Below are positions 38,450-49,974 of a stretch of DNA of 64,000 nt, piece by piece. Source of the stretch: Schmidtea polychroa (taxonomy: Eukaryota); the NCBI GenBank assembly GCA_044892525.1, contig CM097885.1:59272001-59336000 (forward strand), given 5' to 3'. Positions within the stretch are counted from its first letter, which is position 1; each line of letters begins with the position of its first letter. The notes under the pieces were generated by a model. That model worked only from the letters and a program-made list of their open reading frames with translations, was not told the origin of the DNA and did no database searches. The position numbers and the translations under genes are program-made.

Positions 38450-39330
38450 TATAGTAAATTGGAATTATTATAGACTTGCAGATTTGAGGACGAATTTAAA
38501 TTGAAGGGGGAGATATGTTGAAGTTCAACAAAAGAGGTACAAAAATGAGGTGGAAAATCAATTGAAACAACAAATTCACAATAATAATTTAAAGTACAAA
38601 AAATTAATTTAAAAAAATCAAAAAAAGTAAAAATGAATATTTTCCCAGGAAAACTGGCATGGACGGATGCTGAATAATGATACGAGTTCAACTATAATAA
38701 AATAAAATCAATCAGGGGTCCATAGAAAGAATTAATTACAAAAAACTAACATTAATTAACTAATGGGAAACCCGAGACAATGGAAAACCCGAACGATGTG
38801 AGAGAATCTGAATTGTCAAATTAGTAGAGCCAATTAAATTGGGGCAAGCGGTCAAAGAAGACGGGCGAATTCCTCAAAGTAATTAGAGCGACTAGAGGAA
38901 GTCCAGGGGGAAATGGATCCGAACTAATTTAACACAGTAAAATCAAATTACGAGATGGGTATAAAAGCGACCGCCAAGTAAACATAATTGCCAGTTGGTC
39001 GAAGAAAAGTTAACGAACAAATTTGCAAGAGTAAAACTAAGGAAATTTTGAACTTAGTGTAACTGAATATTTTAAAATCGAATGTACCAGAAAGGGGCAT
39101 CTCCCATTGGAAGATTTATCCCTACGTAAGATTTACAGTGGTATTGAAAAGTGCAGACCAAAAATGATTGTATCACGTATGGTTGAATCAATAAAAAGTG
39201 TAACCAAAGTGTAATTGTATTAGTCTTGAATAAAGATTTTTGTGTTACGTTGTTTAACTTGATTTCAAAAAGAACACAAAGGAGGAATTGAAGCAACTCA
39301 ATTCCAGGAAATTGTAAAGGACTATTTTTA
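38450..39330 (+). mobile_element. LTR-like segment homologous to the reverse complement of 41340-42191
   Basis: Shared blocks such as AATAATAATT(T)AAAGTACAAAAA, ATCCCTACG...TATTGAAAA.(A)GTGCAGA and ATAAAA(A)GTGTAA; contains TATAAAAG. Confidence 0.5.
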
Positions 39331-39687
39331 TAGGTGAAAGTTCTTTCATTTTATTAAATATATACTTCGCAGCAAAAGACTTAAATTATCATTTAATTGT
39401 TTGATATTGAAGATTATATTAATAATAGTTATAAATTAATTATTATTAAATATTTAATTTANNNNNNNNNNNNNNNNNNNNNNNNNNNNNNNNNNNNNNN
39501 NNNNNNNNNNNNNNNNNNNNNNNNNNNNNNNNNNNNNNNNNNNNNNNNNNNNNNNNNNNNNNNNNNNNNNNNNNNNNNNNNNNNNNNNNNNNNNNNNNNN
39601 NNNNNNNNNNNNNNAAATTATCACAAATAAATTAAACTAATGTACTTTTAATTTCAAGGTCATACTAATGGATGAAAACCCCTATAA

Positions 39688-40206
39688 AATCTACTAAGTC
39701 ACTCAACCGTGAAATATCAAAATTTAATTATTTTGATTAATACCTTTATTGGATTTTTTTTATTTTCTTTAGCTACTCGCCACAGATATATTATCAGTGA
39801 ATCCAATAAAATATGTCTTCGATACGATTCATATATCGAAATGCCAACCATAATCAAAATAAGTGAAAAAGGTGTCATGTTGGCTCATTTAATATTTCAC
39901 TTACATGAAAATGAATCCTTTTACTTTGTCGTGATTCCAATGTGTCTTTTAATGTCTGCATTTCCATTTATAGCAACTGGGATTATTACTGATGTCGCCG
40001 CTCAGCTGCACGAAGAATCCGTTTTGCTGAAAGCTCAGACTAAAAAGAAAATTAGAAAATTGAGAATTAGAGCACTGAATGATAGAATTCGCAAAGAAAT
40101 GAAGTACCCAAGTGTCTTAGTAAATCATGAGGAATTTTATAAGGAAAGTTTCATAAATAAACGAGTTTCGGTTATCAAAATGTTAAGCAATTATGAATCA
40201 TTTTAA
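39688..40206 (+). CDS. ORF with two hydrophobic segments; C-terminal part of an unidentified multi-pass membrane protein
   Basis: 165-aa ORF from the track; the frame opens at 39688, shortly after an N-gap. Family not securely identified. Confidence 0.45.
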   Translation, partial: NLLSHSTVKYQNLIILINTFIGFFLFSLATRHRYIISESNKICLRYDSYIEMPTIIKISEKGVMLAHLIFHLHENESFYFVVIPMCLLMSAFPFIATGIITDVAAQLHEESVLLKAQTKKKIRKLRIRALNDRIRKEMKYPSVLVNHEEFYKESFINKRVSVIKMLSNYESF

Positions 40207-40691
40207 ATTTAATATGATTCTTGATATTAATTCTAAAGTGAAATTTTATTAAAAATATAAATCGTAATAAATATTTAATAATTCATTTTATTAAAAATTA
40301 ACCGCCTATAATCTGGTTAATGGTTGAAAGAATTTATTTCAAAAAAAAGAGGAAAAAAAGTATGTAAAGAAATTTAAAAAAGATTTAAAGACTTATTTCG
40401 AAACTTGGAAAAATTTATAAAATTATTGATAATAAATATAGTATATAAAATAAAAATATATTCAGTCTTAATTATTTTAAATCTAAAAATATAAAAATAT
40501 AAAACACTATTAGTAAAATGTCAAAAAATTGCTATTGAACTTCCTAAAAAAGCAGTTTTTGACATTTTATGTGCTTGACAGTGTTTCAGTGTGAAATGCA
40601 TTATTTGTTTTATTGAGTTATGAAAATATAAGAAGATTCAGAAGAAGAAATCACAAAATTTCTTAATTAAAATTAAAAAGATATAACTTAA

Positions 40692-40908
40692 CCCTCCAGA
40701 GGGCGCGTTGGGTCTCACAGACCCATACTATCTTTTTTTGCCTAAAAAAATTCGAGGAAGATGCAGTTTTCGACAATATATTCCATCTAAACCTGATAAA
40801 TATGGGATCAAGCTTTAATCAAGTCTATAAATCATGAGAAAACAATATTGGGTCTGTGAGACCCAACGCGCGCATCCATGTAATTTTTTTAGCGCGCGCT
40901 CTGCAGGG
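40692..40908 (+). mobile_element. 217-bp piggyBac deletion derivative (MITE)
   Basis: TTAA on both sides; TIR CCCT(C/G)CAGAG; perfect 22-bp subterminal inverted repeat CGCGTTGGGTCTCACAGACCCA; internal RGRCSFRQYIPSKPDKYGIK transposase motif. Confidence 0.92.
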
Positions 40909-41339
40909 TTAACAATGAATCCGTTATTCATGAAGTTTGTATATTGAATTAGTTTTCGTTTATTTCGCCCACTTAATTATTGGACAGAATTTATCTGATA
41001 TATATTCCAAAAAAAGTTAACAGTTATATAATCTTTTGAATATAAAGGTAAAATGAGAGAAGTTCTCTCATAAATCAGGATTGTATTAGAATAAAGAAGA
41101 AGCGTTGAAATCAAAATACATGAAAATACTGTTTGAGAATATGAGAAACTAATTTTGAAATTTGCAAAAAATTGCTGAAAAACAAAAATAATATATAGTT
41201 GCTGAAAGAAAAGACAAGGTATAGTTTATATAATTCAGGTGCTATGAATGTTCATTACTATATTTCACGGGGGAATGATTTAATATACTTAAATTAAAGA
41301 TAGAAATAATTTTTGCAAAAAATATGTGTTGGGTATTTA

Positions 41340-42191
41340 TGTAAGTTGGTACCAATGTCTGATTCCTTGGTGTCCTTTTATTAACCAAATCGAGCAATCC
41401 AACGCAATATTATTTATTCGAAATTACCACAATTACACTTTTATTATCTACACACTTTAATTCAACAATTTAACCCTGCACCACTTTTAGTAACACTTTT
41501 TAATTCTGCACTATTTTCAATATCATTTTTAGTCTGGCGTAGGGATATCTCCATTTCTGTCTTGTAAGACTCAACTTGATTTGGCTCTTACTAAGTTTCA
41601 AATCGCTTTCAATTAATTTTAAATTTACCAAGCTTCTTTATTCAATCAATCGGCAATTCTGTTGACTTTGCTGATCTTATTATACCAATCCTATAATTAA
41701 ATTCTTTCCCAATCAAATTGATTTTGTCATTTTGGCATCTTTCTCTCCGGGCTTTACTCGCCTATATTTTTCAATTCGGAGCTTTTATGTTTTCCTACAT
41801 TTCATTTATTTTAATGATAATTTTGCCGGAATTGACTTTACAGTCGGCTCTCTTTTCTCTCGGATTTTCCTCGTTCTTTAATTTGCCGCGACTTAATTAA
41901 ATAGTTTTGTTTATAACTAGGATTTTTTCACACTACTTGTGTTTTCCATTAGATAATTAATTTTTAATTAATTTGAATTATTAAAAATTTTTCCTTCTAG
42001 GGAGCCCCCCCTCCATTGATTTTATTATATTTGAACACATCTCATTGTTTCGCATACACTCATATCCGTTTCCTCCTGGAAAATATTTATTTTTAATTTT
42101 TTTGATTTTTAATTAATATTTTTGTACTTTAATTATTATTGCGAATTTGATGTTTTTAATTAATTTTCACTTTATTTTTATGCCCATTACA
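41340..42191 (-). mobile_element. LTR-like segment (TGTAA...TTACA)
   Basis: 5-bp terminal inverted repeats and homology to 38450-39330. No TSD. Confidence 0.5.
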
Positions 42192-44029
42192 TCGAAACCC
42201 AACACATACAAGAAGAAACATCCGAAGTTGCTAATATTGAAAGAGGTGTGTACATTTATGAAACAGATGAGCCGATATCATGCGTCTCAAGTTCGAGTTT
42301 TATCTACAAATCTAAAATTTCTATAAATCGAAGTGTTGGGACAGAAGGCCGAAAAATTCCGAGAAAATTCCGTCAGAGCAAACCACATAGCAACGAAAAC
42401 CCCAAGAATTCGATGTAAAATCGTAACAAGAAAGCTGATAATAATAATAACATTGGCGATAATATTGATAATAATAATAATAATAAATAATATTAATATT
42501 GATAATAATAATAATAATAAAAATAATAATAATAATAATAGTAATAATAATAAAGTTTAATGGGTTGAGTATGTGTGTAAAAATAAATATTTAGGNNNNN
42601 NNNNNNNNNNNNNNNNNNNNNNNNNNNNNNNNNNNNNNNNNNNNNNNNNNNNNNNNNNNNNNNNNNNNNNNNNNNNNNNNNNNNNNNNNNNNNNNNNNNN
42701 NNNNNNNNNNNNNNNNNNNNNNNNNGAAACTTTGAAAGTATTATTTGGTGTTGTATATAGTTTATTTGAATAAATTTACTGATAGGTGTGCGTGTAATGT
42801 ACCAACATATTTCGTCACATTTTCAGGATTTTGGGTCTAGAATTCAGTTCTAGCCATACAATTGTTTTCTTTGACATTCTTCGACAACTTTATTCAAATA
42901 TTCAAATAACTTCTTTTTGCTTATTTCTCAACTAATTCTTTTCTGAATATCTTTTCCAACAATTATTCTTCACAATTATTCTCCAACAAATCGTTATCCA
43001 ATAACTACTAGTCTCAATGACTATAAATTTCTCTCACAATTTCTCTTTAATTTTCTCCATTAGTTTTATCTCCTTTTACCGTAGACTCTTACCTCGTCTT
43101 CCGTTTCGTTTTACAATAAATTTTCGTCTGATTTTTGCCTGATTTTTATGTCAATTTCTCGGCCAACAGTTCCTCGTTTCATTTGTGCACTAGAGATAAT
43201 CTAATGTTTCCCATTTCTCTTTCTTTCGCATTTCCCGACTATTTCCATTTCATCTCTGACAGATGTCGCTATATATTTTGCTTTTTTCCCTTCTTTTTGT
43301 TAGGCCAACTTCTCTTGGCAATTCCGATATCTCTGACAAGCTGTCAGGATATCCCTTTTTCCTTTTGTTCTGTTTTTGGAATTTGAAATTCCTTTTCTCC
43401 TTTGTACTAATTAATTAATAATGACCTTTGTTTTGCTTTCTTGTTTGTTTTCTTTTGTTTGGTTTCTTTTTTTCATTTTCCATTTCTTTTTACTTTCTTT
43501 TTCTTCTAATAGTTCCCCTAAATCATCCCGTTTTTCATAACGATTTTCTTCCAGTTAATTTACATATTTATTATATTATTTGCTATTTAAGTATTCTCAA
43601 CAGTACCAACGTGTCTCACCTACATGGGTATGCAGCTGGTTGATTGCAACAGTCATATTTGGTGCTCTAGAGTATACTGCGCAAGATCCTTAGTGCTTTA
43701 CCGAATTCCTTGAAAGTGATCTAAGTCTGATAAGGTAAAGGCCACTAGGACACCAACAGAAGATTATAGAGGATGTGTTTATGACACAAATTTAAAACAA
43801 TTAAATACATTGAAAATGATGATCAAATTTTTAATTTTTTCAAATTTTTGGGTGAGCTGAAAAAAATAAGGAATCATTACAAGGTTATTCATTTTTATAT
43901 TTACATCTATTCATTTTATATCGACATTTTTGTTAATTTTTATATTGAATAATATTTTTATATCTCTATATTTACCTATCTCTCGCAAAGAGAGAAAAAA
44001 CATTACAAGAGAAATTTATAACATTGTGC

Positions 44030-44600
44030 TAAAAATGGCCGAAGACGAAAATTGTACAATAAAAAAAATTTCAAAGACACAGATAGACCGTAATGAAAAT
44101 ATTAAAAAGCAAGCAAAACGGAGTAAATTTTGAAGAGACTGGAGAAAAAGGAAGAACTCATGTAGGATTCATAATTCTATAAATGCTGAAATTGACAGGT
44201 TATATTTAATAAAATATCATGTAACAATGCAATTAACCAACGAAAATTAATACAAGCGGTTAATAAAAATTGTAACATTCAAATTTCTCAGTCTACAGTG
44301 TCTAGAAAAACTTAAAAAACAATTATGGACAAGAAAAAGGCTTTCCTTAATTCCGATTGAGCGTAACTCTTTAGCTAATATTAATCCAAGAGCAATATAT
44401 GCAAACGAAGTTTCCAGAAATTCTGATGGCAATATGATTTTCCTTGATGAAACTGGATATTCACCAGTAAATCAAAAAGCTTATATCAGCATACCTGCAA
44501 ATAAGGGAATAAACTATAGTCTAATTTGTGCAATTTGAATTACTGGTTTAATATGTTACGAATATAAGTTGGGCGCGTATAATTCTACTTCATTTAAAAT
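44030..44600 (+). mobile_element. Tc1/IS630-type transposase relic
   Basis: ISQSTVSRKLKK...TRKRLSLIPIERNS...MIFLDETG...SPVNQKAYI..PANKG.NYSLICAI...GAYN, with frameshifts and a deletion. Confidence 0.75.
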
Positions 44601-45508
44601 CTACTTCAGCAAAACGAAATCGGATACTACGAAATCGAACTAAACCCATTATAAGAGTTTTATTCGATGGTAAAAGAAAGTTTAGAAGCTTAATATTGCT
44701 AAATCCTGATGCAAGTTTTAGCCAATTGATTAATGATGTTATGTAAGGAGAAAATGGGGTTTCTTTGGAATGTGTAGGATTTTTTCGTAACACGAAAAGA
44801 TGGTTGGAGCTAGCTAGGCTAAAACAGCCATTTATTTAATATATTTGCTGTTTAGAATGTAAAGAGTTTGAGTTTGCTGATTTAAATCAAGTGTTTTATC
44901 GTGTTAAACTCTATTTAAATATTTGAAACTTGTGGGACGTTTGAGAATTAAAAGTATTATAAAATTTTTTTTGTTGTTAATAAATGTATTTATGCTGATA
45001 TGAAAATTAATAAATGTCGATATAAAAATGAATAACCCTGTATTATTATCATTATTATAATTTGTTTAGATGTTGAGAAACTTTTTCATTATCATAATGA
45101 AGATCAAAATTGAAATTAGAGATAGTTTCATACTGATAAGGTATTTCACGCACAAAGTTTTTACTGTGTGTTGAGGCTATTTAACTAAGAATTAAGAACA
45201 CGAAATATGAAACAATTTTGGAAAATTATTACCCGGAAATTATTTATTTCAATTATTTAATAATTAAATGTCAATGTAAAGAAAATAATTAAATCTATTT
45301 TACCGAGATTTTAAAATTAGAAACCGGAGTTTGGTGATCTTGGAATTTAAGTATTTGTTGAAAAAGTGTAATTCCGCACTCAGTCTTGCAATAGACTTGA
45401 AAAAACTGTTAAATTCTTAATTCATTATGTCTAGTTATTAATTTTCAGCAAATAATAAAGGAATTTTCTCTAATTTAGTACTAATAAATACATAAAATAT
45501 AATAAATA

Positions 45509-45936
45509 TCTAATATATAAAGATGAAAGTTTGTTGATTTGTTTGTTACCCATAGAATTCCTCACCGTTGGAACTAGGGTGCTGAAATTTTGCATGTGAC
45601 CCTCATTTGACTCGGGACAGGTCATAGGCTATATTTCAACCCCCGGTGACCATTCCTATGGTACCCTAACCTTACTCAGAGTACCCTTGATTTACTACAG
45701 TAGATTCGCATTAACATTTTTCAAATTTTTGAAGTGCTATTATATTTAGTTTTAAATTCCATCTATACACTGTACTACTGAAAATTAGATCAGAAGTCGT
45801 CTTCCCATTGTAAAATTTAATTAAATTTTAATGTATTTTTTAAATTATTTTTTTTAATGAATGAATTGAAATAAATTTCTTGATTTTGAATCTGTTTACT
45901 ATTTTCAAATCGTGCAACGACCAGTGCCCCAGATAG
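45509..45936 (+). mobile_element. Non-autonomous Helitron (428 bp)
   Basis: A|TC start, a subterminal CGTGCAACG...GTGCCCCAG hairpin-like stretch, and an (C>A)TAG|T end. The 5' 170 bp are homologous to 19140-19297. Confidence 0.7.
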
Positions 45937-46465
45937 TTATAAATAAATATAAAAATTCTATATCAATTATTCAATATCTATATGTATTCGTTTATTCATT
46001 GCAGTCATTTTGAACTGTAATTCCTCTAAACCAGTGGTCCTTAACTTATGGCGCCTGAAAACATTTATCAACAAATATAGTGCATACAACTATAATCATT
46101 ATCTTATCGAAGTAACTTATTAAATAAATAAATATAAAAACATATTTCAAGGATCAAGAATTTATTTTTAGTTTTAAGATAGTGCTGATCACTGATATAA
46201 ACAATAATTATAAATAAGTTATATATGAAATTAAATCAAAAAACACTTAATTGAAAATATGACAGGATAAAATGAAATTTTAACACTATTAAATGCAAAG
46301 ATACTACTAATAAATAAGAAACCCTATACGTTATATTAGTTATAAAAATCGTTAAAAATTACAATTATCTCAAATATAACCTACTGTTTTGTTTTCATAA
46401 TTCAATTTGGTGAACTTGCAAATCATTAAAGGAATTTTAGAAAATTATTGATATTTCAAATTAAA

Positions 46466-48388
46466 ATGGAGGTTGAGATCCCCATACGCAAATTTATTAA
46501 ACGACGATTGTTTTTTCCATTTCAAACTGAACCAAAATGCAATACGAATCAAGCATTTTCACCCATAACTAACTTACTTATTTTTATATTTGTTATTTGT
46601 TTTCTATCGATACTAATTCACTTTTCAATTTATTATTTTTGGAAAAAAGATATCACCGATTTTCATGTGACAACCTTTTGTACTAAATATCTGGGACAAT
46701 TAATTGATGAAAATTATGTGTTCAATGGAATTCCATTTTCCGTATCGCCATCATTATTAAAGTTGAGCGTAAAAGATATTCTTGGTCGACAACTGTCGAA
46801 AAGTTCACTGAGATGGTTGGAATCTATTGAATTGAAATCTATTGAAACATGTTTTGCTAGTCATTCAAATCAGTGTATATTTAATAACAGTGTTTGGAGA
46901 TGCACGAAAAATTTACCTCGTAAGAGATGCATTAGTTTTATAGGTGAACAATCCTCTGAAACAACCACTAACAAAACCAGTTTTAGTGAAGATTGCTTAT
47001 ATCTCACTGTTAGAATTCCTAAAAGAAGGCCGAAAAATATTCCCGTTGTTGTATTCTTTTCTGGAGTATATTATGCTAATGATATTTCGAGTAAAATTGG
47101 TCGCAATTATCCTTTTGAACCCAGTGGGGATTTTGTAAATGAAGTGGATGCGATTTTTGTTACATTGAGTTATAGGTGGGGACCTTTTGGAACATTTTAT
47201 AATCATAATCTTACATTAGAAAACTTTTCTATGTCTGATTTGTTAGTGGGTTTAGAGTGGATTCAAACTAACATAGAAAAATTTGGTGGTGATAAAAATA
47301 AAATTACTTTATTAGCTCATGGAAGTGGTGCAACATTGGGTTTAAGTGTCCTACTGCAGAAGTCCCATTTATTTAGATCCGCTTGGTTGTCAAGTGGTTC
47401 AGTTCATATTCCAAACGACAATGGTATATATGATATCATGTTGCAAGATTTATTTGTTTCTTATAAAGAAAAGTGCGCATCCGAAGAGTTTTATTTAAAG
47501 CATTGTAAAAATAAAATTATGGAATTAATGCTACTTTCAAGTAAAGACATCGTAAGATTATTGTCCAAATATTATCAACCAGAAAATAGTTTATCATCAT
47601 TATTGGAAACCACTTCAATGTTACAAAGAACTCGAACTCAAAATCCTTTTATAATAATTGATCTATTAAATATTATTGACAGTCCGTTAAATATGATTTA
47701 CAAAAACGTTTTACCGTCTATTCCAATCGTGTTTACAAGCATGTTATCAGAATTTCACGGTTTCCCTGGAGAAAGACAGTGGAATTTGAAATCTGCTGGA
47801 AAAATCGAATACGAAATAACAAATTTATTCGACTATATATTTCTATTATCAAAAGTGGGCAATCCGCCTGAATTTAGAAATCGAATTTGGGCTAAAATTA
47901 AAACAACTGGTCAAAAAAAGAAAAAATCCCTAGGTCAAATTGTAATGGAATTATTTAGTTTTTTACGTGTTACTTGTCCACAAATCTTTGTTGCAAATCA
48001 GATGAGAAAATTGCAGAAAAACACAATTTTAAACTTAATCCATACGGAGTCGCCTTCACAACCTATGAAAGGAATGCTATTTGAGGAGGTTGCTAAGCGT
48101 TTTCCATTCTATGGTTTCGATATTTTATCACTTTTTAAAAAGGACAAACTTTTTATTCAAAATCCTAGTTCAAAGAGTCAGTTGTATCAAAATAACCTTA
48201 TAAAATATTTTAAAAATTTCGTTCACTATGGGAAAATAATAGAAATTTCTAAATCAAATGTGACAGATAAAAAATTAATTGAGATTAATAATGCAGGAAT
48301 TCGTCAATTTCCGGAATCTGAATACCTTGATTTGTGTAACAGTCTTGATTATAAAATTTTAAAAGATTTTGTTAATAAAATTAATTAG
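46466..48388 (+). CDS. Intronless cholinesterase/carboxylesterase-fold type II membrane protein, catalytically inactive (neurotactin-like)
   Basis: 640-aa ORF with an N-terminal TM segment (LLIFIFVICFLSILIHFSIYYFW) and the motifs GIPF, SEDCLYL, IFVTLSYRWGPFG, LEWIQTNIEKFGGDKNKITL. The nucleophile elbow GESAG is replaced by AHGSG. Confidence 0.88.
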   Translation: MEVEIPIRKFIKRRLFFPFQTEPKCNTNQAFSPITNLLIFIFVICFLSILIHFSIYYFWKKDITDFHVTTFCTKYLGQLIDENYVFNGIPFSVSPSLLKLSVKDILGRQLSKSSLRWLESIELKSIETCFASHSNQCIFNNSVWRCTKNLPRKRCISFIGEQSSETTTNKTSFSEDCLYLTVRIPKRRPKNIPVVVFFSGVYYANDISSKIGRNYPFEPSGDFVNEVDAIFVTLSYRWGPFGTFYNHNLTLENFSMSDLLVGLEWIQTNIEKFGGDKNKITLLAHGSGATLGLSVLLQKSHLFRSAWLSSGSVHIPNDNGIYDIMLQDLFVSYKEKCASEEFYLKHCKNKIMELMLLSSKDIVRLLSKYYQPENSLSSLLETTSMLQRTRTQNPFIIIDLLNIIDSPLNMIYKNVLPSIPIVFTSMLSEFHGFPGERQWNLKSAGKIEYEITNLFDYIFLLSKVGNPPEFRNRIWAKIKTTGQKKKKSLGQIVMELFSFLRVTCPQIFVANQMRKLQKNTILNLIHTESPSQPMKGMLFEEVAKRFPFYGFDILSLFKKDKLFIQNPSSKSQLYQNNLIKYFKNFVHYGKIIEISKSNVTDKKLIEINNAGIRQFPESEYLDLCNSLDYKILKDFVNKIN

Positions 48389-48648
48389 AGAGTGAAAAAT
48401 TGTGTTAAAAATTTTGAGGCAAGTATTGACAGATAATTAGAGCATTGGAAGAGCATTTGGCAAAAAACGAACTGGCAGCAAAAATTCAATCTCACATTAG
48501 ATTAATGGGCATGTTTATTAAATATAAATATTCATTTTTATAAAGAAAATATTAATTTGGGATTCGTAAAATATGAATGAAGTTCTACAGCTAACAAAAC
48601 TATTTATTTGGTTAATTCGAAGCTCTAGAACTTTGATATTAATTTATT

Positions 48649-48991
48649 GGTACTTCCGTGTTATCTTACCCCAAAAATTAAATTATAAAATACAATTAAA
48701 ATAACAAAAAAATGAGAGAATACATTATTGATGACGTTATTGAACATTATTGAACATGAATTTATTAAGGATATCTGTGAGTTTATGTGGCGCAAACGTG
48801 TTCTAAGCAACAGTGCCGATGTGTTCGACACTATTCTCAACGACATTGTGGTTTTCTTGCCACCTGGATGACCATTTACAAACTCTTTACAAACATTTGC
48901 CGAGTTTGTAACTGTGATTTAGAAAATAAATATAATAATTATGTGTTCTTTTTTAATTTAATTTTTGGGGTTAAGATAACACGGAAGTACC
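48649..48991 (+). mobile_element. 343-bp Merlin deletion derivative
   Basis: About 37-bp TIR GGTACTTCCGTGTTATCTTA(A)CCCCAAAAATTAAATTA; perfect 8-bp TSD aatttatt; internal ICEFMWRKRVLSNSADVFDTILNDI matches the Merlin C-terminus. Confidence 0.9.
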
Positions 48992-49358
48992 AATTTATTG
49001 AATTTATTCTTAACAAAATTCGATTGCATCGGTTTCATCGTAAAATTTGGAAGTTTATCTGAATTTATTCACTGATTATGTTACAATCCTTCCATACATT
49101 TAGCTGTTGTTGATGTTATTTATTAAAAAAATGAAAATCATAATATTGAACAAATTACTAACAGCGAAAATTAATATAGCTCAGTTATCCAAGATTTTTC
49201 TGAATTTGATAGTTGTAAAGAATAAGAATAATTTGAGAAATTTCAAAAACTTCATTTAAGAAATTGTGGTACTATTTATTGTACCCGGTGTGCCGACACC
49301 AACACAATCAGTAATAGCTTATTGGGAAATAATAATCAGTAGAAAGAAGTGTGCTCCA

Positions 49359-49781
49359 TGACTCATCGTTTTCTTTGTTTTAGATATGGGGTACTTTTTA
49401 GTCAAGGTCATTTTATTTTTAGTAACATGGTCACGTGACTCATCAATGTCATACTATTTTTAGTGACAAAATAAAGAGATCTATTTTTAGTAATATTTTC
49501 GGTCCTATGACTCATCAAGGTCATTCAAGGACACAAGCCTTATCAAGGTCATTCAAGGACATATGACTCATCATTTTTAAACAAATAAATTTAAACAAAG
49601 ACAATGACTCATCGATGATTTATCATTTTTAGAACAAAGAAGTTTAAGCAATGACTAATCGATAACTCATCCTTTTTGGAACAAATACAATGACTCATCA
49701 CATGACTCCTCATTTATTTTTAGAAGAATTAATAAGCACCTTAATTGGTTAACCAAATGATCATATTTATATTATGACTCC
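49359..49781. promoter_or_regulatory. Cluster of TGACTCA (AP-1-type) and TCAAGGTCA (NR5A/ERR-type) motifs
   Basis: Six exact TGACTCATC (49359, 49436, 49508, 49564, 49605, 49691) plus four variants; three exact TCAAGGTCA (49402, 49515, 49543) plus variants. Regulatory function is inferred only. Confidence 0.45.
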
Positions 49782-49974
49782 TTTTTTCTCGAACAAAGAT
49801 AGAAATTCACTACAAATTATAATTTCTACCAAAATTATCAATGAATATATGTTGTTATTAATGACCATGTATTTTTCACGAAGTTATATTAACTATTGTA
49901 ATGAACATTAGATGAATAAATTACCTATGAAATGCTAAATATTTTACTAAATTACCTTTTGCTAAATAACAAAG

